Assembly: GCA_963702845.1 (NCBI GenBank)
Contig: OY969763.1
Location: 3,264,001-3,328,000 of the forward strand
Length of the DNA: 64,000 nt
Reading direction: 5' to 3'
Source of the DNA: an uncultured Verrucomicrobiae bacterium
GTDB lineage: Bacteria; Verrucomicrobiota; Verrucomicrobiia; Limisphaerales; Palsa-1400
The notes beneath the pieces are model-generated. The model did not search any database. It saw nothing but the letters and a program-made list of their open reading frames with translations, and was not told the DNA's origin. Numbering within the stretch: position 1 is the stretch's first letter; the number at the start of each line of letters is the position of its first letter. Both the position numbers and the translations under genes were made by a program. Shown one piece after another: positions 21,729-32,275 of the stretch.

Positions 21729-24700
21729 TTAAGGCGCAACGACGCGATAAAAACGAAATGCCGTACTCTTCGGGGCGCTTTCGGTCGCACCGGGGCCGAA
21801 GTCGACCCACTGCATTTGAGTCCCGTTACCCTTGAGCGGCAGCGGCGAAGTGAACCAATTCTTCAGATCTAATGTGTATTGAACGTAGTACGTCTTGTTG
21901 GAGTTTGACACAAAGTTCACAAGCGTCGAGCCGTCGGTTTGAAACTTGAACCGCGTTACTTTCACCAGATTAGTCGAATTGACTGTGAAGGTCGGGCCGG
22001 CCGTAAGACTGGCGGAAGTTGTAAACGTCACAACCGGTTGGCTGCTCGCGACGTAAAGAATGGTCGCGTAATTCGCTATGCTACTAACTGGCCCAACCGT
22101 GTTGTTGAAAGTAATAAAGGGTTGGCCCAACGCATTTGTGCCGGTCACTCCCTGCACAGAAACTCCACTCGAGATGCTCGTGAACGTGACGGTTACCGAC
22201 TGCACTGTGCTGATCGTTGGATTGGTCACGCTCAATTTTTGCCCCCATGAGAACAAGCTCGGGCTGAACACAATTGGGCCACCGGACACCATCACCGGAT
22301 TTCCCAGTTGGATGTTGATGGGCGCCGAGACATTCGTCGCGCCGTAATTGTCCGTTGCGATTGCATAGAGGACAGAATTGGTCGACGGCGCGTTTGTCCA
22401 TGTGAATGAATACAAATCATCATCTTCTGGCACGCCCTGCCCAATGACGTTCGTTCCATTCAGGAATGTGACGTTGGTCACGAAGCCATCGACGTCATAC
22501 GCGTCGGCGGTGATAGTCACCGGCGAAGGATACAGGAACAGAGACGTATTCGTGGGCGTGATGATACTGACGGACGGCGGGTTGTTAACCGTGATGAAGA
22601 ACGTTTGTGTTGGTGACGTGTCAACACCGCCATTGGCAGTTCCGCCATTATCGTGAAGCGCAACGGAGACAGTCGCGACACCGTATTTGTTCGCGGTAGG
22701 AGCAAAACTCAAAGTGCCATTGGTGCTGATCGCCGGCGACGAACTGAAGATTGAATTCTTTGTATTGCTGACAATAAAGTCCAATGCCTGCCACGATTCA
22801 TGCGCGGGACCCGCCAAAAGATTGCTTGCCCAGTTCAAACGCGTTTGCGCACCGGCGTAATTGTTGACGATCTGGTCCGCCCCTTTTGTAAATGACGGTG
22901 GGTGATTCACAGGGACAATGGTGATGACAAAAATCTGCGCCACAGATGTGTCGACGCCGCCATTGTCCGTGCCACCATTGTCGTGCAGCACGACAGTAAT
23001 ATTAGCGCTACCGATCGTCAGCGGTATTGGCGTAAACGTTACCGTTCCGTTGGTCGCAATCGACGGCTGGATCGTGAACAGGTTCGAATTGTCATTGGAT
23101 ACGATAAAATTGAGCAACTGATTTGATTCATTGGCCGGCCCGGGCTTGATATTGGTTGCCCAGTGCGTGGTCGTGCTCGTAATTGAATCCTCCAGGACGG
23201 AAATGTCGGCACCTTTTGTAAAGGACGGCTGTTGATTAACGAATCCGACGTCAATCGTAACCTTTACGGCATCGCTCGGCGTGCCGGTGTTGCTCGCCTT
23301 ATAGGTGAAGCTGTCGGGGCCGAAATAATTAGTATTGGGAGTGTATTGGAAGCTGCCGTTGGCATTCAGAGTTAACGAACCATTCGTCGGCCCGCTCACA
23401 ATAACCGTTTGCAGCGGTAGATTGTTTGGATCCGTGTCATTGCCCAACACGCCCGGCACGCTAACGTTCAGCACTTTGTTTTCCAGGACGCTGTATGAAT
23501 CAGGATTGGCCGTCGGCTTGGCGAGCAATGGATTAAACGTGATGGTCTGCGAGCACGTGGAGCGATTACCACAGTCGTCGGTCGCTGCGTATGTCCGAGT
23601 AATGGTGACCGCATAGCCATTGGTGGAATTAGAATCCGCCACGAAAGATTTTTGCGGCACACTGCAATTGTCTGCAGCTGTCACGCGACTTGGGTCCGGC
23701 ACCGGAATATCGCTCGGCAACGACACTGTCACTGCGGCCGGGCACGACATCGTCGGGGCCTGCGTATCATTTACCACGATCGTTTGGTTTTTCGACGTGG
23801 CGTTACCACACGCATCCGTCGCTCGATATGTGCGTGTAATTGTGAAATGGTTTATGCAGTTACTGGACGTAATCACATCGGCGTCGTGCGTGATCACCAC
23901 TGGCAATCCACCGCAGTTGTCCTGGGCAGTGACCAAACTGTCGTTTGCACCCGGAACCGATACCGAGCAAGCAAAAGTCGCGTCGGCGGGGAATGCAGTA
24001 ATTGTCGGCGGCGTTATCGCGTTCACCGTAATCGTTTGGGTCTTGCTTGATGAATTGCCGCAGGCATCAGTGGCAATATAGGTGCGGGAAATATTGAACC
24101 GATTCACGCAGTTGCTCGATGTGACTACGTCTGGCGTATGCGTGATTATGACTCCGGAATTCCCTCCGCACGCGTTGGTGGCGCTCACATTACTGTCGTT
24201 GGGAGCCGGCACAGCGCTGGCGCACGAATAGGTTGCATCGGACGGGAATGTCGTTATCAAAGGCGGGGTGGTCCCGTTGACGGTGATGGTTTGAGTTTTG
24301 CTGGAACTATTCCCACAAGCGTCGGTCGCCAAATAAGTTCGCGCAATTGTGAATCGATTCACGCAGTTGCTGGAGACAATGCTGTCGTTATTGTGCGTAA
24401 CAATAATTCCTGAGTTGCCACCACAAGCATTTGTTGCCACGACTAAACTATTATCAGCAACCGGAACAGCCCCTGCGCACGAATACGTCGCATCTGCGGG
24501 GAAACTTGTGATCGTTGGCGGCGTTGTTCCATTAACCAAAATCGTTTGGCTCTTGCTGGAAGAGTTGCCACATGCATCAGTTGCAATGTACGTGCGGATT
24601 ATCGTGAAACGATTCACGCAGTTGCTGGACGTTGTCACATCTGCAGCGTGACTGATGACCAAGCCAGCATTTCCGCCACAGGCATTTGTCCCACCAACAG

Positions 24701-27700
24701 AACCATTATCCGCAGCCGGGACCAAACCAGCGCAGGAAACTGTGACGTCGGCAGGAAAACTAGTGATCGTCGGAGCGGTTGTGCCGTTGACGGTGATTTT
24801 TTGCGATTTGCTCGACGAATTGCCACACGCATCAGTCGCGACGTAAGTGCGTGTGATCGCGAAGCGGTTTACGCAATTGCTGGAGCCAACCGAGTCAGCC
24901 AAATGACTAATCACGACGCCGGAACTACCACCGCAGCCGTTCGTCGCCGCAACCAGGGTATCGTCCGCTACTGGTACTGAACCCGCACAAGAGTAGGTCG
25001 CATCAACCGGGAAGCCGGTGATCGTTGGCGGCGTTGTTCCAGTAACCAAAATCGTTTGCCTCTTGCTGGAAGAGTTGCCACAAGCGTCAGTCGCAATGTA
25101 TGTGCGGCTTATCGTGAAACGATTCACGCAATTGCTTGCTGACAGGGAGTCAGAAAGATGTGAGATCACTACGCCTGCCCCACTCCCGCAACCGTCCGTT
25201 GCACTAACCAACCGATCGTCCGCTGAAGGCACGGTGTTGGCGCACGAATAAGTCGCGTCAGTTGGGAGCGTTACGATCGTAGGCGGCGTCACTTGATTAA
25301 CCGTAATCGTTTGGGTCTTGCTCGATGAATTGCCGCAGGCATCAGTGGCAATATATGTGCGAGAAATATTGAACCGATTCACGCAGTTGCTCGAGGTGAC
25401 TACGTCCGGCGTATGAGTGATTACGACTCCAGAATTACCTCCGCACGCGTTGGTCGCGCCCACAAGACTGTTATTTGGAGCCGGCACAGCGCTGGCGCAC
25501 AAAAAGGTTGCATCAGATGGGAATGCTGTGATCAAAGGCGCGGTTGTCCCGTTGACGGTGATGGTTTGAGTTTTGCTAGAACTATTCCCACAAGCGTCGG
25601 TCGCTAAATAAGTTCGCGCAATTGTGAAACGATTCACACAGTTGCTGGAGCCAATCGAGTCAGCCAAGTGACTAATCACGACACCCGAACTACCACCGCA
25701 ACCGTTCGTCGCCGCGACCAGGGTATCGTCTGGCACTGGAACTGAACCCGCACAAGTGTAGGTCGCATCAACCGGGAAGCCGGTGATCGTTGGCGGCGTT
25801 GTACCGGTAACCAGAATTGTTTGGCTCTTGCTGGAAGAATTGCCGCAAGCGTCCGTCGCAACGTATGTGCGGCTTACCGTGAAACGGTTAACGCAGTTGC
25901 TTACTGACACCGAGTCAGAAAAATGTGAGATCACAATGCCCGTACCACTCCCGCAACCATCAATTGCACTAACCAACCGATCGTCCGCTGAAGGTACCGT
26001 ATTGGCGCATGAATATGTCGCGTCATTTGGGAACGTTACGATTGTCGGCGGCGTCACTTGGCTGACCGTGATGGTTTGAGTTCTGCTGCTGGAGTTTCCG
26101 CACGCGTCAGTCGCAACGTACGTTCGCGCAAGAGTGAAACGGTTGGCACATGCGCCTGGCGTGATGACGTCGGCGGTATGCGTAATAACCGCGCTGGAAT
26201 TTGCCCCGCAATTGTCGATGGCGCTGACGAGCGTGTCAACGGCGGCAGGTACCGCACTGGCGCATGAATAAGTGGCATCTTCAGGAAATGTCGTGATGAC
26301 CGGAGCAATCGTGGCATTAACCGTAATCGTTTGATTTTTTGAAGTGACGGTGCCGCAGGCGTCGGTGGCGTGATATGTGCGCGCAATCGTAAAGCGGTTC
26401 ACGCAATTGCTGGACGTAATCACGTCGGCGTCATGAGTGATTGTCACAACACCGGCACCGCCGCAATTATCAACGGCACTGACCAACGTGTCATTAGCCG
26501 CCGGAACAGCGCCCGCGCAAGCATAGGTGACATCGCCCGGGAAGCCAGTGATCGTTGGGGCTGTCGTTCCGTTGACGACGATGGTTTGAACCTTGCTCGA
26601 AGAATTGCCGCATGCGTCAGTTGCGATATAGCTGCGCGAAATCGTGAAACGACTGACACAATTGCTCGACGTAATGACATCGCCACCGTGGCTGATGACG
26701 ATGCCGCCGGTTCCACCACAACCATCGATCGCAGTCACGAGAGAATCATTTGCGGCAGGAACTGCTCCGGCACACGAATAAGTCGCGTCGACGGGGAAGC
26801 CGCTGATTGTCGGCGGTGTCGTCGCATTGACGGTGATTGTTTGGTTCCTGGTTGTGACGTTGCCGCACGCATCCGTGGCGCGGTAGGTGCGCGTAATCGT
26901 AAAACGACTGACGCAATTGCTGGAACCGATCACATCGGCATCGTGCGTGATTGTTACGGTAGAGGAAGCACCGCAATTGTCATTTGCAGTCACCAGCGAG
27001 TCGTTCGGCGCAGAAACACCAGTTGCGCATAGAACTGTGGCATCCGCCGGGAAAGCAGTGATAGTTGGCGCAATGGTGCCGTTGACCGTAATCGTTTGGC
27101 TCTTGCTGGACGCGTTGCCACAGGCGTCGGTTGCAATGTACGCACGGGTAATCGTGAATCGATTCACGCAATTGCTGGACGTGATCGCATCCGTATTGTG
27201 CGTAACGACCACACCCGCGCTGCCGCCGCAGCCGTCAATCGCACTTACCTGAGAATCATCGGCCGCAGGAACAGCGCTCGCACACGAATACGTCGCGTCA
27301 GCCGGCAAAGTCGTGATGGTTGGAGGTGTTGTTTGGTTGACGGTGATTGTTTGAGTTATGCTGCTGGAATTGCCGCAAGCATCCGTTGCGATGTAGGTGC
27401 GCGCGATGCCAAAACGATTCGCGCAGATGCCCGGCGTAATGACGTCAGCATTATGCGTAACGACCGTGCTGGAATTCCCGCCGCAATTATCGACGGCAGT
27501 GACCAGACTGTCGTTTGCCACGGGGACTGCGCTGGCGCAGGAATACGTTGCGTCATTTGGAGAACCGGTGATCACTGGTGGCGTCGTCGCGTTGACAGTT
27601 ATCGTCTGGTTTTTCGTGCTGACGTTCCCGCATGAATCGGTTGCGCGATAGGTGCGGACAATGGTGAAACGATTCACGCAATTACTCGAGGTAATCACAT

Positions 27701-30700
27701 CCGCATCATGAGTGATGTTTACCGTTGGGCTTCCGGTGCAATTATCCGAGGCAATGATCAAACTGTCATCTGCTGCTGGAACTGCCGCCGCACAGACATA
27801 CGTCACATCAATCGGAAAACCGGTAATAACTGGAGCATTCGTCGCATTGATTGTAATCGTCTGGCTCTTACTGGACGAATTGCCGCATGCATCAGTCGAA
27901 ACGTAGGTGCGAGTGATGGTAAAGCGATTCACGCAATTGCTGGACCCGACGGTGTCAGCAAGATGACTAATTACCAGGCCGGCACTGCCGCCGCACCCAT
28001 CGATGGCTGTTACCAAGCTATCATTGGCGGCAGGCACAGCATCGGAACAGGCGTAAGTCGCATCTGGCGGAACTGCCGTAATCGTTGGTGGCGTCGTTGC
28101 GTTTACAGTAATTATCTGGGTTTTGCTGGCGATGTTCCCACACGCATCAGTCGCGCGATAGGTACGAGAAATAGTGAAACGACCGACGCAATTGCTCGAG
28201 CTGATGGCGTCAGGATCGTGACTAATGCGCACCGGTTCCGATGTGCCACAATTATCAATCGCAGCAGCGACTGAGTCATCCGCTACAGGCACAGCGCTCG
28301 CACACGAATAAGTCGCATCCACAGGAAAAATCGTAATAGCGGGCGCGACGGTGCCATTCACAACAACTATCTGTGTTTTGCTCGAGGAATTTCCGCAAGT
28401 GTCTGTGGCTACGTACGTGCGGCTGATCGTAAAGCGACTTGGGCAATTGCTGGAAGTGATGACGTCGGGACCATGGCTAATCGTCACTGAACTTGAGCCG
28501 CAGCCGTCGGTGGCGGTCACTTGCGAATCGTCTGGAATAAGCACTGCGCTAGCACAGGAGAACGTCGCATCGGCCGGGAACGCAACGATTGTCGGCGCTT
28601 TGTTTTGATTCACCGTAATCGCCTGGCTCCTGGACGTCACGTTACCGCAGGCGTCTGTCGCTCGGTAGGTCCGTGTGATAACAAATCGGCTGACGCAGTT
28701 GCTTGATGCGACCACGTCTGCATCGTGCGAAATCGTAACGGTCGCGCTCCCGCCACAATTATCAGTGGCGGTAACGAGGGAATTGTCCGGCGCGGGAACC
28801 GCGCTGGAGCAAGATACTGTCAAATCAAACGGGAACGTAACAACCGTCGGAGGTGTCGTTCCGTTTACCGTGATCATCTGAGTCTTGCTGGAAGAATTTC
28901 CGCATGCGTCCGTGGCAATATATTTGCGACTGAGTGTCAGACGATTCACACAATTACTGGAGGTCGCAACATCCGTGGCGTGAGTGATGACGAGTCCTGC
29001 ACTGCCGCCGCACGCATTTGCCGCCGTCACGAGCGTGTCATCGGCGGCGGGCACGGCGGCAGCGCAGGAAAAAGTCGCATCGGGAGGAAAGGCCGTAATC
29101 GTCGGAGGCGTGGTGCTATTGACCGTGATCATTTGTATTCGGCTGGTGGAATTGCCGCACGCATCGGACACCACATACGTTCGAGAAATAGTGAAGCGAT
29201 CGACGCAGTTGCTCGATGTGACGCTGTCGGTGTTGTGAGTCACCGTTATAGCGCTGCAATTATCGCTCGCCGTCACTAAAGAATCGTTTGGCGCAGGAAC
29301 TTGTCCGGCGCAGGAATAGGTTGCGTCGGCGGGAAAGGCGCTAATAACCGGCGATGTTGTGTCGACCACGGTAAATCTCTGAACAACGTTCGTCACGTCT
29401 CCGCAGCCGGTCGTCAGCTTGTACGTTCGTGTGACGACAAGCGGGCTCGCCGCACAACCCGTACCGCCGTTCGATGAATCACCCGGAAAAGATAGCGCCG
29501 TCGGCTGTCCGCAATATGGACCGCCATCTATGCCCCCTTGTGAAAGGAACTGCGTCAGATTCGTTGCCGCTGCCGGGATCGACGCCGCGCAAGAAAGACT
29601 GGCGTCAGCAGGCGCGGCGAAGTGGAAAACATTGATGGTTACTTTAACCGGCGGGGAAGAGTTCGTAGCGTTGCTGGCAAAGTAGTAAAAATAGACGGTA
29701 CCTGAAAAATTTGCGGGTGGCATGTATGTGAACGAACCATTCGTGTTCAATGTGAGCGTGCCAGAGGTGACGTTCGTCGACAGAACCGCTTTCAATGTGC
29801 CGTTGCCAGGATCGGAGTCGTTCGTCAAAACGCCCGGCGCAGATACTGTTAAGGTTTGGTTTTGATTAACGCTATAGGAATCCGGTACGGCATTTGGGGG
29901 CAACGCAGCCGAGACAGTGCTCGTCACGATCGAGACGTTGTCGGCCATATTGGCGTCGTTTTGGGTGCATAGGATTTGCGCGTCGTTTTGTAGAACAGTT
30001 CCATTCGAAGCGTTTGTCGCAATCGTGACCTGGTACGTCAGCGTACCCGAATCGCCAGGTTGCAAATCGGGAATGTCCCACCAGAGTTCGTTGCCAAGCG
30101 ACTGGAGGAACTGCACTCCTGGGCTTCCACTCCAGGTATTGGCCCAGGTCATACCGGTTGGAAGTGTATCGTGAATCTCAACGCCGAGGGCCGCATTTGC
30201 CGCGGTGAACTTATTTGAAAATGTCACGGAATAAGTAACCGTCTGCCCTGGTGTGACGATGGCTGTACCCGTTTTGATGATGACAAGGTCAGGTGTGCCC
30301 GATACAGGCACCGGCTTCGCAAGCTGAAGCTGAGGATTATACATGTGCAGGGAAGCGCCTCCAAACAGATGTGCGCCGGCAGCCATGCGCGCCTGATAAT
30401 AAATGTATCCGGTCTGACTGTTCGTTACGTTGGCGTTAATGGTGTAGAACCAGTCCTGCAACGTACTCGACGCTGTCAAAACCGGCGTAGACATTACAAC
30501 GTTTGATGACGGAACGAAATTGAACAGGTTTTGAATACCTGGTTTCCCATTAGCGTTATTGTCGAAAAAGACAACGACTTGATTGCTCCCGGGATTGTTG
30601 AGAACCACGCGACAAGGAATAAACTCTAGTTCAAACCAGCCATTGAGCGGCCCACCATTGTAATTGGTGCTGCCTTTGTTGACGCCCTGCAAATCAATCG

Positions 30701-30782
30701 CGGCGCCGAAGCTGCCGAGTGCCAGCAGCATCGTAACCGCAACTGCAAGCAGTTGCGCTATATGTTTACACAGTCGTCTCAT
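21729..30782 (-). CDS. Giant secreted protein: DUF11-like domain, cadherin/Big_9-like domains, ~24 Cys-rich HYR-like repeats, C-terminal RFYR motif
   Basis: Signal peptide; DLVIIKT..DTLP (DUF11-like); DSYSV..GVLxNDxD..LNxNGSFxY (Big_9-like); repeats ending TYxATDACGN; ends FRFYRVVAP. Confidence 0.9.
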   Translation of the reverse strand: MRRLCKHIAQLLAVAVTMLLALGSFGAAIDLQGVNKGSTNYNGGPLNGWFELEFIPCRVVLNNPGSNQVVVFFDNNANGKPGIQNLFNFVPSSNVVMSTPVLTASSTLQDWFYTINANVTNSQTGYIYYQARMAAGAHLFGGASLHMYNPQLQLAKPVPVSGTPDLVIIKTGTAIVTPGQTVTYSVTFSNKFTAANAALGVEIHDTLPTGMTWANTWSGSPGVQFLQSLGNELWWDIPDLQPGDSGTLTYQVTIATNASNGTVLQNDAQILCTQNDANMADNVSIVTSTVSAALPPNAVPDSYSVNQNQTLTVSAPGVLTNDSDPGNGTLKAVLSTNVTSGTLTLNTNGSFTYMPPANFSGTVYFYYFASNATNSSPPVKVTINVFHFAAPADASLSCAASIPAAATNLTQFLSQGGIDGGPYCGQPTALSFPGDSSNGGTGCAASPLVVTRTYKLTTGCGDVTNVVQRFTVVDTTSPVISAFPADATYSCAGQVPAPNDSLVTASDNCSAITVTHNTDSVTSSNCVDRFTISRTYVVSDACGNSTSRIQMITVNSTTPPTITAFPPDATFSCAAAVPAADDTLVTAANACGGSAGLVITHATDVATSSNCVNRLTLSRKYIATDACGNSSSKTQMITVNGTTPPTVVTFPFDLTVSCSSAVPAPDNSLVTATDNCGGSATVTISHDADVVASSNCVSRFVITRTYRATDACGNVTSRSQAITVNQNKAPTIVAFPADATFSCASAVLIPDDSQVTATDGCGSSSVTISHGPDVITSSNCPSRFTISRTYVATDTCGNSSSKTQIVVVNGTVAPAITIFPVDATYSCASAVPVADDSVAAAIDNCGTSEPVRISHDPDAISSSNCVGRFTISRTYRATDACGNIASKTQIITVNATTPPTITAVPPDATYACSDAVPAANDSLVTAIDGCGGSAGLVISHLADTVGSSNCVNRFTITRTYVSTDACGNSSSKSQTITINATNAPVITGFPIDVTYVCAAAVPAADDSLIIASDNCTGSPTVNITHDADVITSSNCVNRFTIVRTYRATDSCGNVSTKNQTITVNATTPPVITGSPNDATYSCASAVPVANDSLVTAVDNCGGNSSTVVTHNADVITPGICANRFGIARTYIATDACGNSSSITQTITVNQTTPPTITTLPADATYSCASAVPAADDSQVSAIDGCGGSAGVVVTHNTDAITSSNCVNRFTITRAYIATDACGNASSKSQTITVNGTIAPTITAFPADATVLCATGVSAPNDSLVTANDNCGASSTVTITHDADVIGSSNCVSRFTITRTYRATDACGNVTTRNQTITVNATTPPTISGFPVDATYSCAGAVPAANDSLVTAIDGCGGTGGIVISHGGDVITSSNCVSRFTISRSYIATDACGNSSSKVQTIVVNGTTAPTITGFPGDVTYACAGAVPAANDTLVSAVDNCGGAGVVTITHDADVITSSNCVNRFTIARTYHATDACGTVTSKNQTITVNATIAPVITTFPEDATYSCASAVPAAVDTLVSAIDNCGANSSAVITHTADVITPGACANRFTLARTYVATDACGNSSSRTQTITVSQVTPPTIVTFPNDATYSCANTVPSADDRLVSAIDGCGSGTGIVISHFSDSVSVSNCVNRFTVSRTYVATDACGNSSSKSQTILVTGTTPPTITGFPVDATYTCAGSVPVPDDTLVAATNGCGGSSGVVISHLADSIGSSNCVNRFTIARTYLATDACGNSSSKTQTITVNGTTAPLITAFPSDATFLCASAVPAPNNSLVGATNACGGNSGVVITHTPDVVTSSNCVNRFNISRTYIATDACGNSSSKTQTITVNQVTPPTIVTLPTDATYSCANTVPSADDRLVSATDGCGSGAGVVISHLSDSLSASNCVNRFTISRTYIATDACGNSSSKRQTILVTGTTPPTITGFPVDATYSCAGSVPVADDTLVAATNGCGGSSGVVISHLADSVGSSNCVNRFAITRTYVATDACGNSSSKSQKITVNGTTAPTITSFPADVTVSCAGLVPAADNGSVGGTNACGGNAGLVISHAADVTTSSNCVNRFTIIRTYIATDACGNSSSKSQTILVNGTTPPTITSFPADATYSCAGAVPVADNSLVVATNACGGNSGIIVTHNNDSIVSSNCVNRFTIARTYLATDACGNSSSKTQTITVNGTTPPLITTFPSDATYSCASAVPAPNDSNVSATNACGGNSGVIITHTPDVVTSSNCVNRFNISRTYIATDACGNSSSKTQTITVNAITPPTITAFPADATFACSVSVPGANDSLVTAQDNCGGLPVVITHDADVITSSNCINHFTITRTYRATDACGNATSKNQTIVVNDTQAPTMSCPAAVTVSLPSDIPVPDPSRVTAADNCSVPQKSFVADSNSTNGYAVTITRTYAATDDCGNRSTCSQTITFNPLLAKPTANPDSYSVLENKVLNVSVPGVLGNDTDPNNLPLQTVIVSGPTNGSLTLNANGSFQYTPNTNYFGPDSFTYKASNTGTPSDAVKVTIDVGFVNQQPSFTKGADISVLEDSITSTTTHWATNIKPGPANESNQLLNFIVSNDNSNLFTIQPSIATNGTVTFTPIPLTIGSANITVVLHDNGGTDNGGVDTSVAQIFVITIVPVNHPPSFTKGADQIVNNYAGAQTRLNWASNLLAGPAHESWQALDFIVSNTKNSIFSSSPAISTNGTLSFAPTANKYGVATVSVALHDNGGTANGGVDTSPTQTFFITVNNPPSVSIITPTNTSLFLYPSPVTITADAYDVDGFVTNVTFLNGTNVIGQGVPEDDDLYSFTWTNAPSTNSVLYAIATDNYGATNVSAPINIQLGNPVMVSGGPIVFSPSLFSWGQKLSVTNPTISTVQSVTVTFTSISSGVSVQGVTGTNALGQPFITFNNTVGPVSSIANYATILYVASSQPVVTFTTSASLTAGPTFTVNSTNLVKVTRFKFQTDGSTLVNFVSNSNKTYYVQYTLDLKNWFTSPLPLKGNGTQMQWVDFGPGATESAPKSTAFRFYRVVAP
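23530..29620 (-). repeat. Tandem coding array of ~24 units, core period 255 nt (85 aa)
   Basis: 24 DxCG-type motifs counted by eye; near-identical blocks at offsets 765 and 1275 nt. Confidence 0.9.
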
Positions 30783-30919
30783 AGACCCTTCTCAAATCCG
30801 AAACAATGGGTATGGAGCAATTCAGGGGCCTATTTGACAGACCAACCCCCAGCCTCATGAAATCATTCGTAACCAACTGTAAGCGGCAGTGTTAAACAAT
30901 AAAAATCCAACCTCATTTT

Positions 30920-30944
30920 TGAGAAATCTGCTGCGGGTTTCTCA
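30920..30944. promoter_or_regulatory. Inverted repeat in a divergent promoter region
   Basis: TGAGAAATCTGC-T-GCGGGTTTCTCA in the AT-rich spacer between divergent starts. Confidence 0.4.
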
Positions 30945-31073
30945 TTATTTGTTTCTGAATAGTCCAATCTCCGTGTCCGCCCCGATTGACTTTCCCCTTT
31001 TTCAGTCGTTCCTTAAGACAAGGAGTTGCTTCTGGGCGCTCGGGAAGGGATGAACCAGGGCATAGGAAAATTT

Positions 31074-31847
31074 ATGAAAATACTCACGCCAGTTCTAGTT
31101 GGCTTGGCTGCGGCAACGCTTTCTCTCAACGCACAAACCCAACAAACCGTAACAACGCCTCACGCGACGGCAACAACACCATCAGCAACGACGCCCTCGG
31201 CAACAGCCACGACACCCTCATCAGCGGTGCCAGCTCCGACGGCCACGGTGAGCGCGCCTTCGGCAGCAGTCACAATGCCCTCCGCAGGAGTCACGACAGG
31301 TTCCGCGGCGGTAACAGCGCCTCCGGCAACGTTTACGACACCTTCGACAGTCGCGACTTTCCCGCCTGTCGCTCCAAACGCGACAGTCGTGCCTTCAACT
31401 GCACCGTCACAACAAACGGTAATAGCGCCGCCAGCCAATCCCCCCCCCGGTAGCGCGATTGCAGGTTACATTGCGCAAGAGGACGCGTGGATCCAAGCGC
31501 CCCCTGCCCTTGGCGGTGCGCAAATGATGATCTTGCAGGGTGATATCACAAAACCGGGGCCATTTACAATTCGGCTACGGATACCGGCTGGTTACAAGGT
31601 GCCGTTGCATTGGAACGATAACGAAGTAAATATCACCGTCCTTTCCGGACTATTACACATTGGCATCGCACCGAATTTCGACGAAACCAGAAGCAAGGAA
31701 ATCGGAACCCTGAGTTTTGCCACCCTTCCTCCAAGAATGAAACACACGGAGTGGGTCGATACCGAGACGATCGTGCAACTGCACGGAATCGGCCCTTGGA
31801 TTATGCACGAGGTATATCCTCGGACAACGGCGCAAGTCGGCGAGTAG
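31074..31847 (+). CDS. Secreted cupin-domain protein (DUF4437-like) with a Thr/Pro/Ala/Ser-rich linker
   Basis: Signal peptide MKILTPVLVGLAAA; ATATTPS-like repeats; GD...GPFTIRL..PAGYKVPLHW..E..TVLSG..H..VQLHGIGP. Confidence 0.8.
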   Translation: MKILTPVLVGLAAATLSLNAQTQQTVTTPHATATTPSATTPSATATTPSSAVPAPTATVSAPSAAVTMPSAGVTTGSAAVTAPPATFTTPSTVATFPPVAPNATVVPSTAPSQQTVIAPPANPPPGSAIAGYIAQEDAWIQAPPALGGAQMMILQGDITKPGPFTIRLRIPAGYKVPLHWNDNEVNITVLSGLLHIGIAPNFDETRSKEIGTLSFATLPPRMKHTEWVDTETIVQLHGIGPWIMHEVYPRTTAQVGE

Positions 31848-32174
31848 TCAGTCTGGAATTTCCCGGGGAATTGCCTGGCAGACTTTTTCGAAGCCGGGAA
31901 AGTTCCACTTGTTCGGAAAATCTTTGCACTGCTGTGGCTTCACCGGCTGCACGGTGCAATCAATCCCATCCAAAAAAATGCATTCGTGATTCGGTTTTTC
32001 GATCAGCGACAAGCTGCGACGGTCACTATGCAAGCGAGTGTATTGCTGGATAAAATCGAATTCGGAAAGACCTTTGAAATCTGCCATCGCGGCAATTTCA
32101 GGTTCTGACAAACGAACATTGCCCGGCCATCGACAGCAGGCAGTGCAACGTTGGCATTCGTAGAAGATGCCCAT
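31848..32174 (-). CDS. YkgJ-family cysteine-cluster protein
   Basis: CQRCTACC, CIFL, CTVQPVKPQQCKDFP; likely start MGIFYEC. Confidence 0.88.
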   Translation of the reverse strand: MGIFYECQRCTACCRWPGNVRLSEPEIAAMADFKGLSEFDFIQQYTRLHSDRRSLSLIEKPNHECIFLDGIDCTVQPVKPQQCKDFPNKWNFPGFEKVCQAIPREIPD

Positions 32175-32183
32175 GGGAAAAAA

Positions 32184-32275
32184 GTACCAAGCTCCAACAT
32201 CCAAGGTCCAGAGAAACTTCAAGCAACAAACTTCAAGCTCCGAACCCACCTTCGGAGCTTGGGATTTGGAGCTTA
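32184..32275. repeat. Heptamer-built palindromic element, copy A (intergenic)
   Basis: CCAAGCT CCAACAT CCAAGGT CCAGAGA..CAAGCAA CAAACTT; perfect 11-bp stem at 32234-44/32251-61. Confidence 0.8.

Noticed and set aside
23530..29620. CRISPR-like array
   Set aside because: The period is 255 nt, in frame, degenerate at third positions, with no unique spacers or cas genes.
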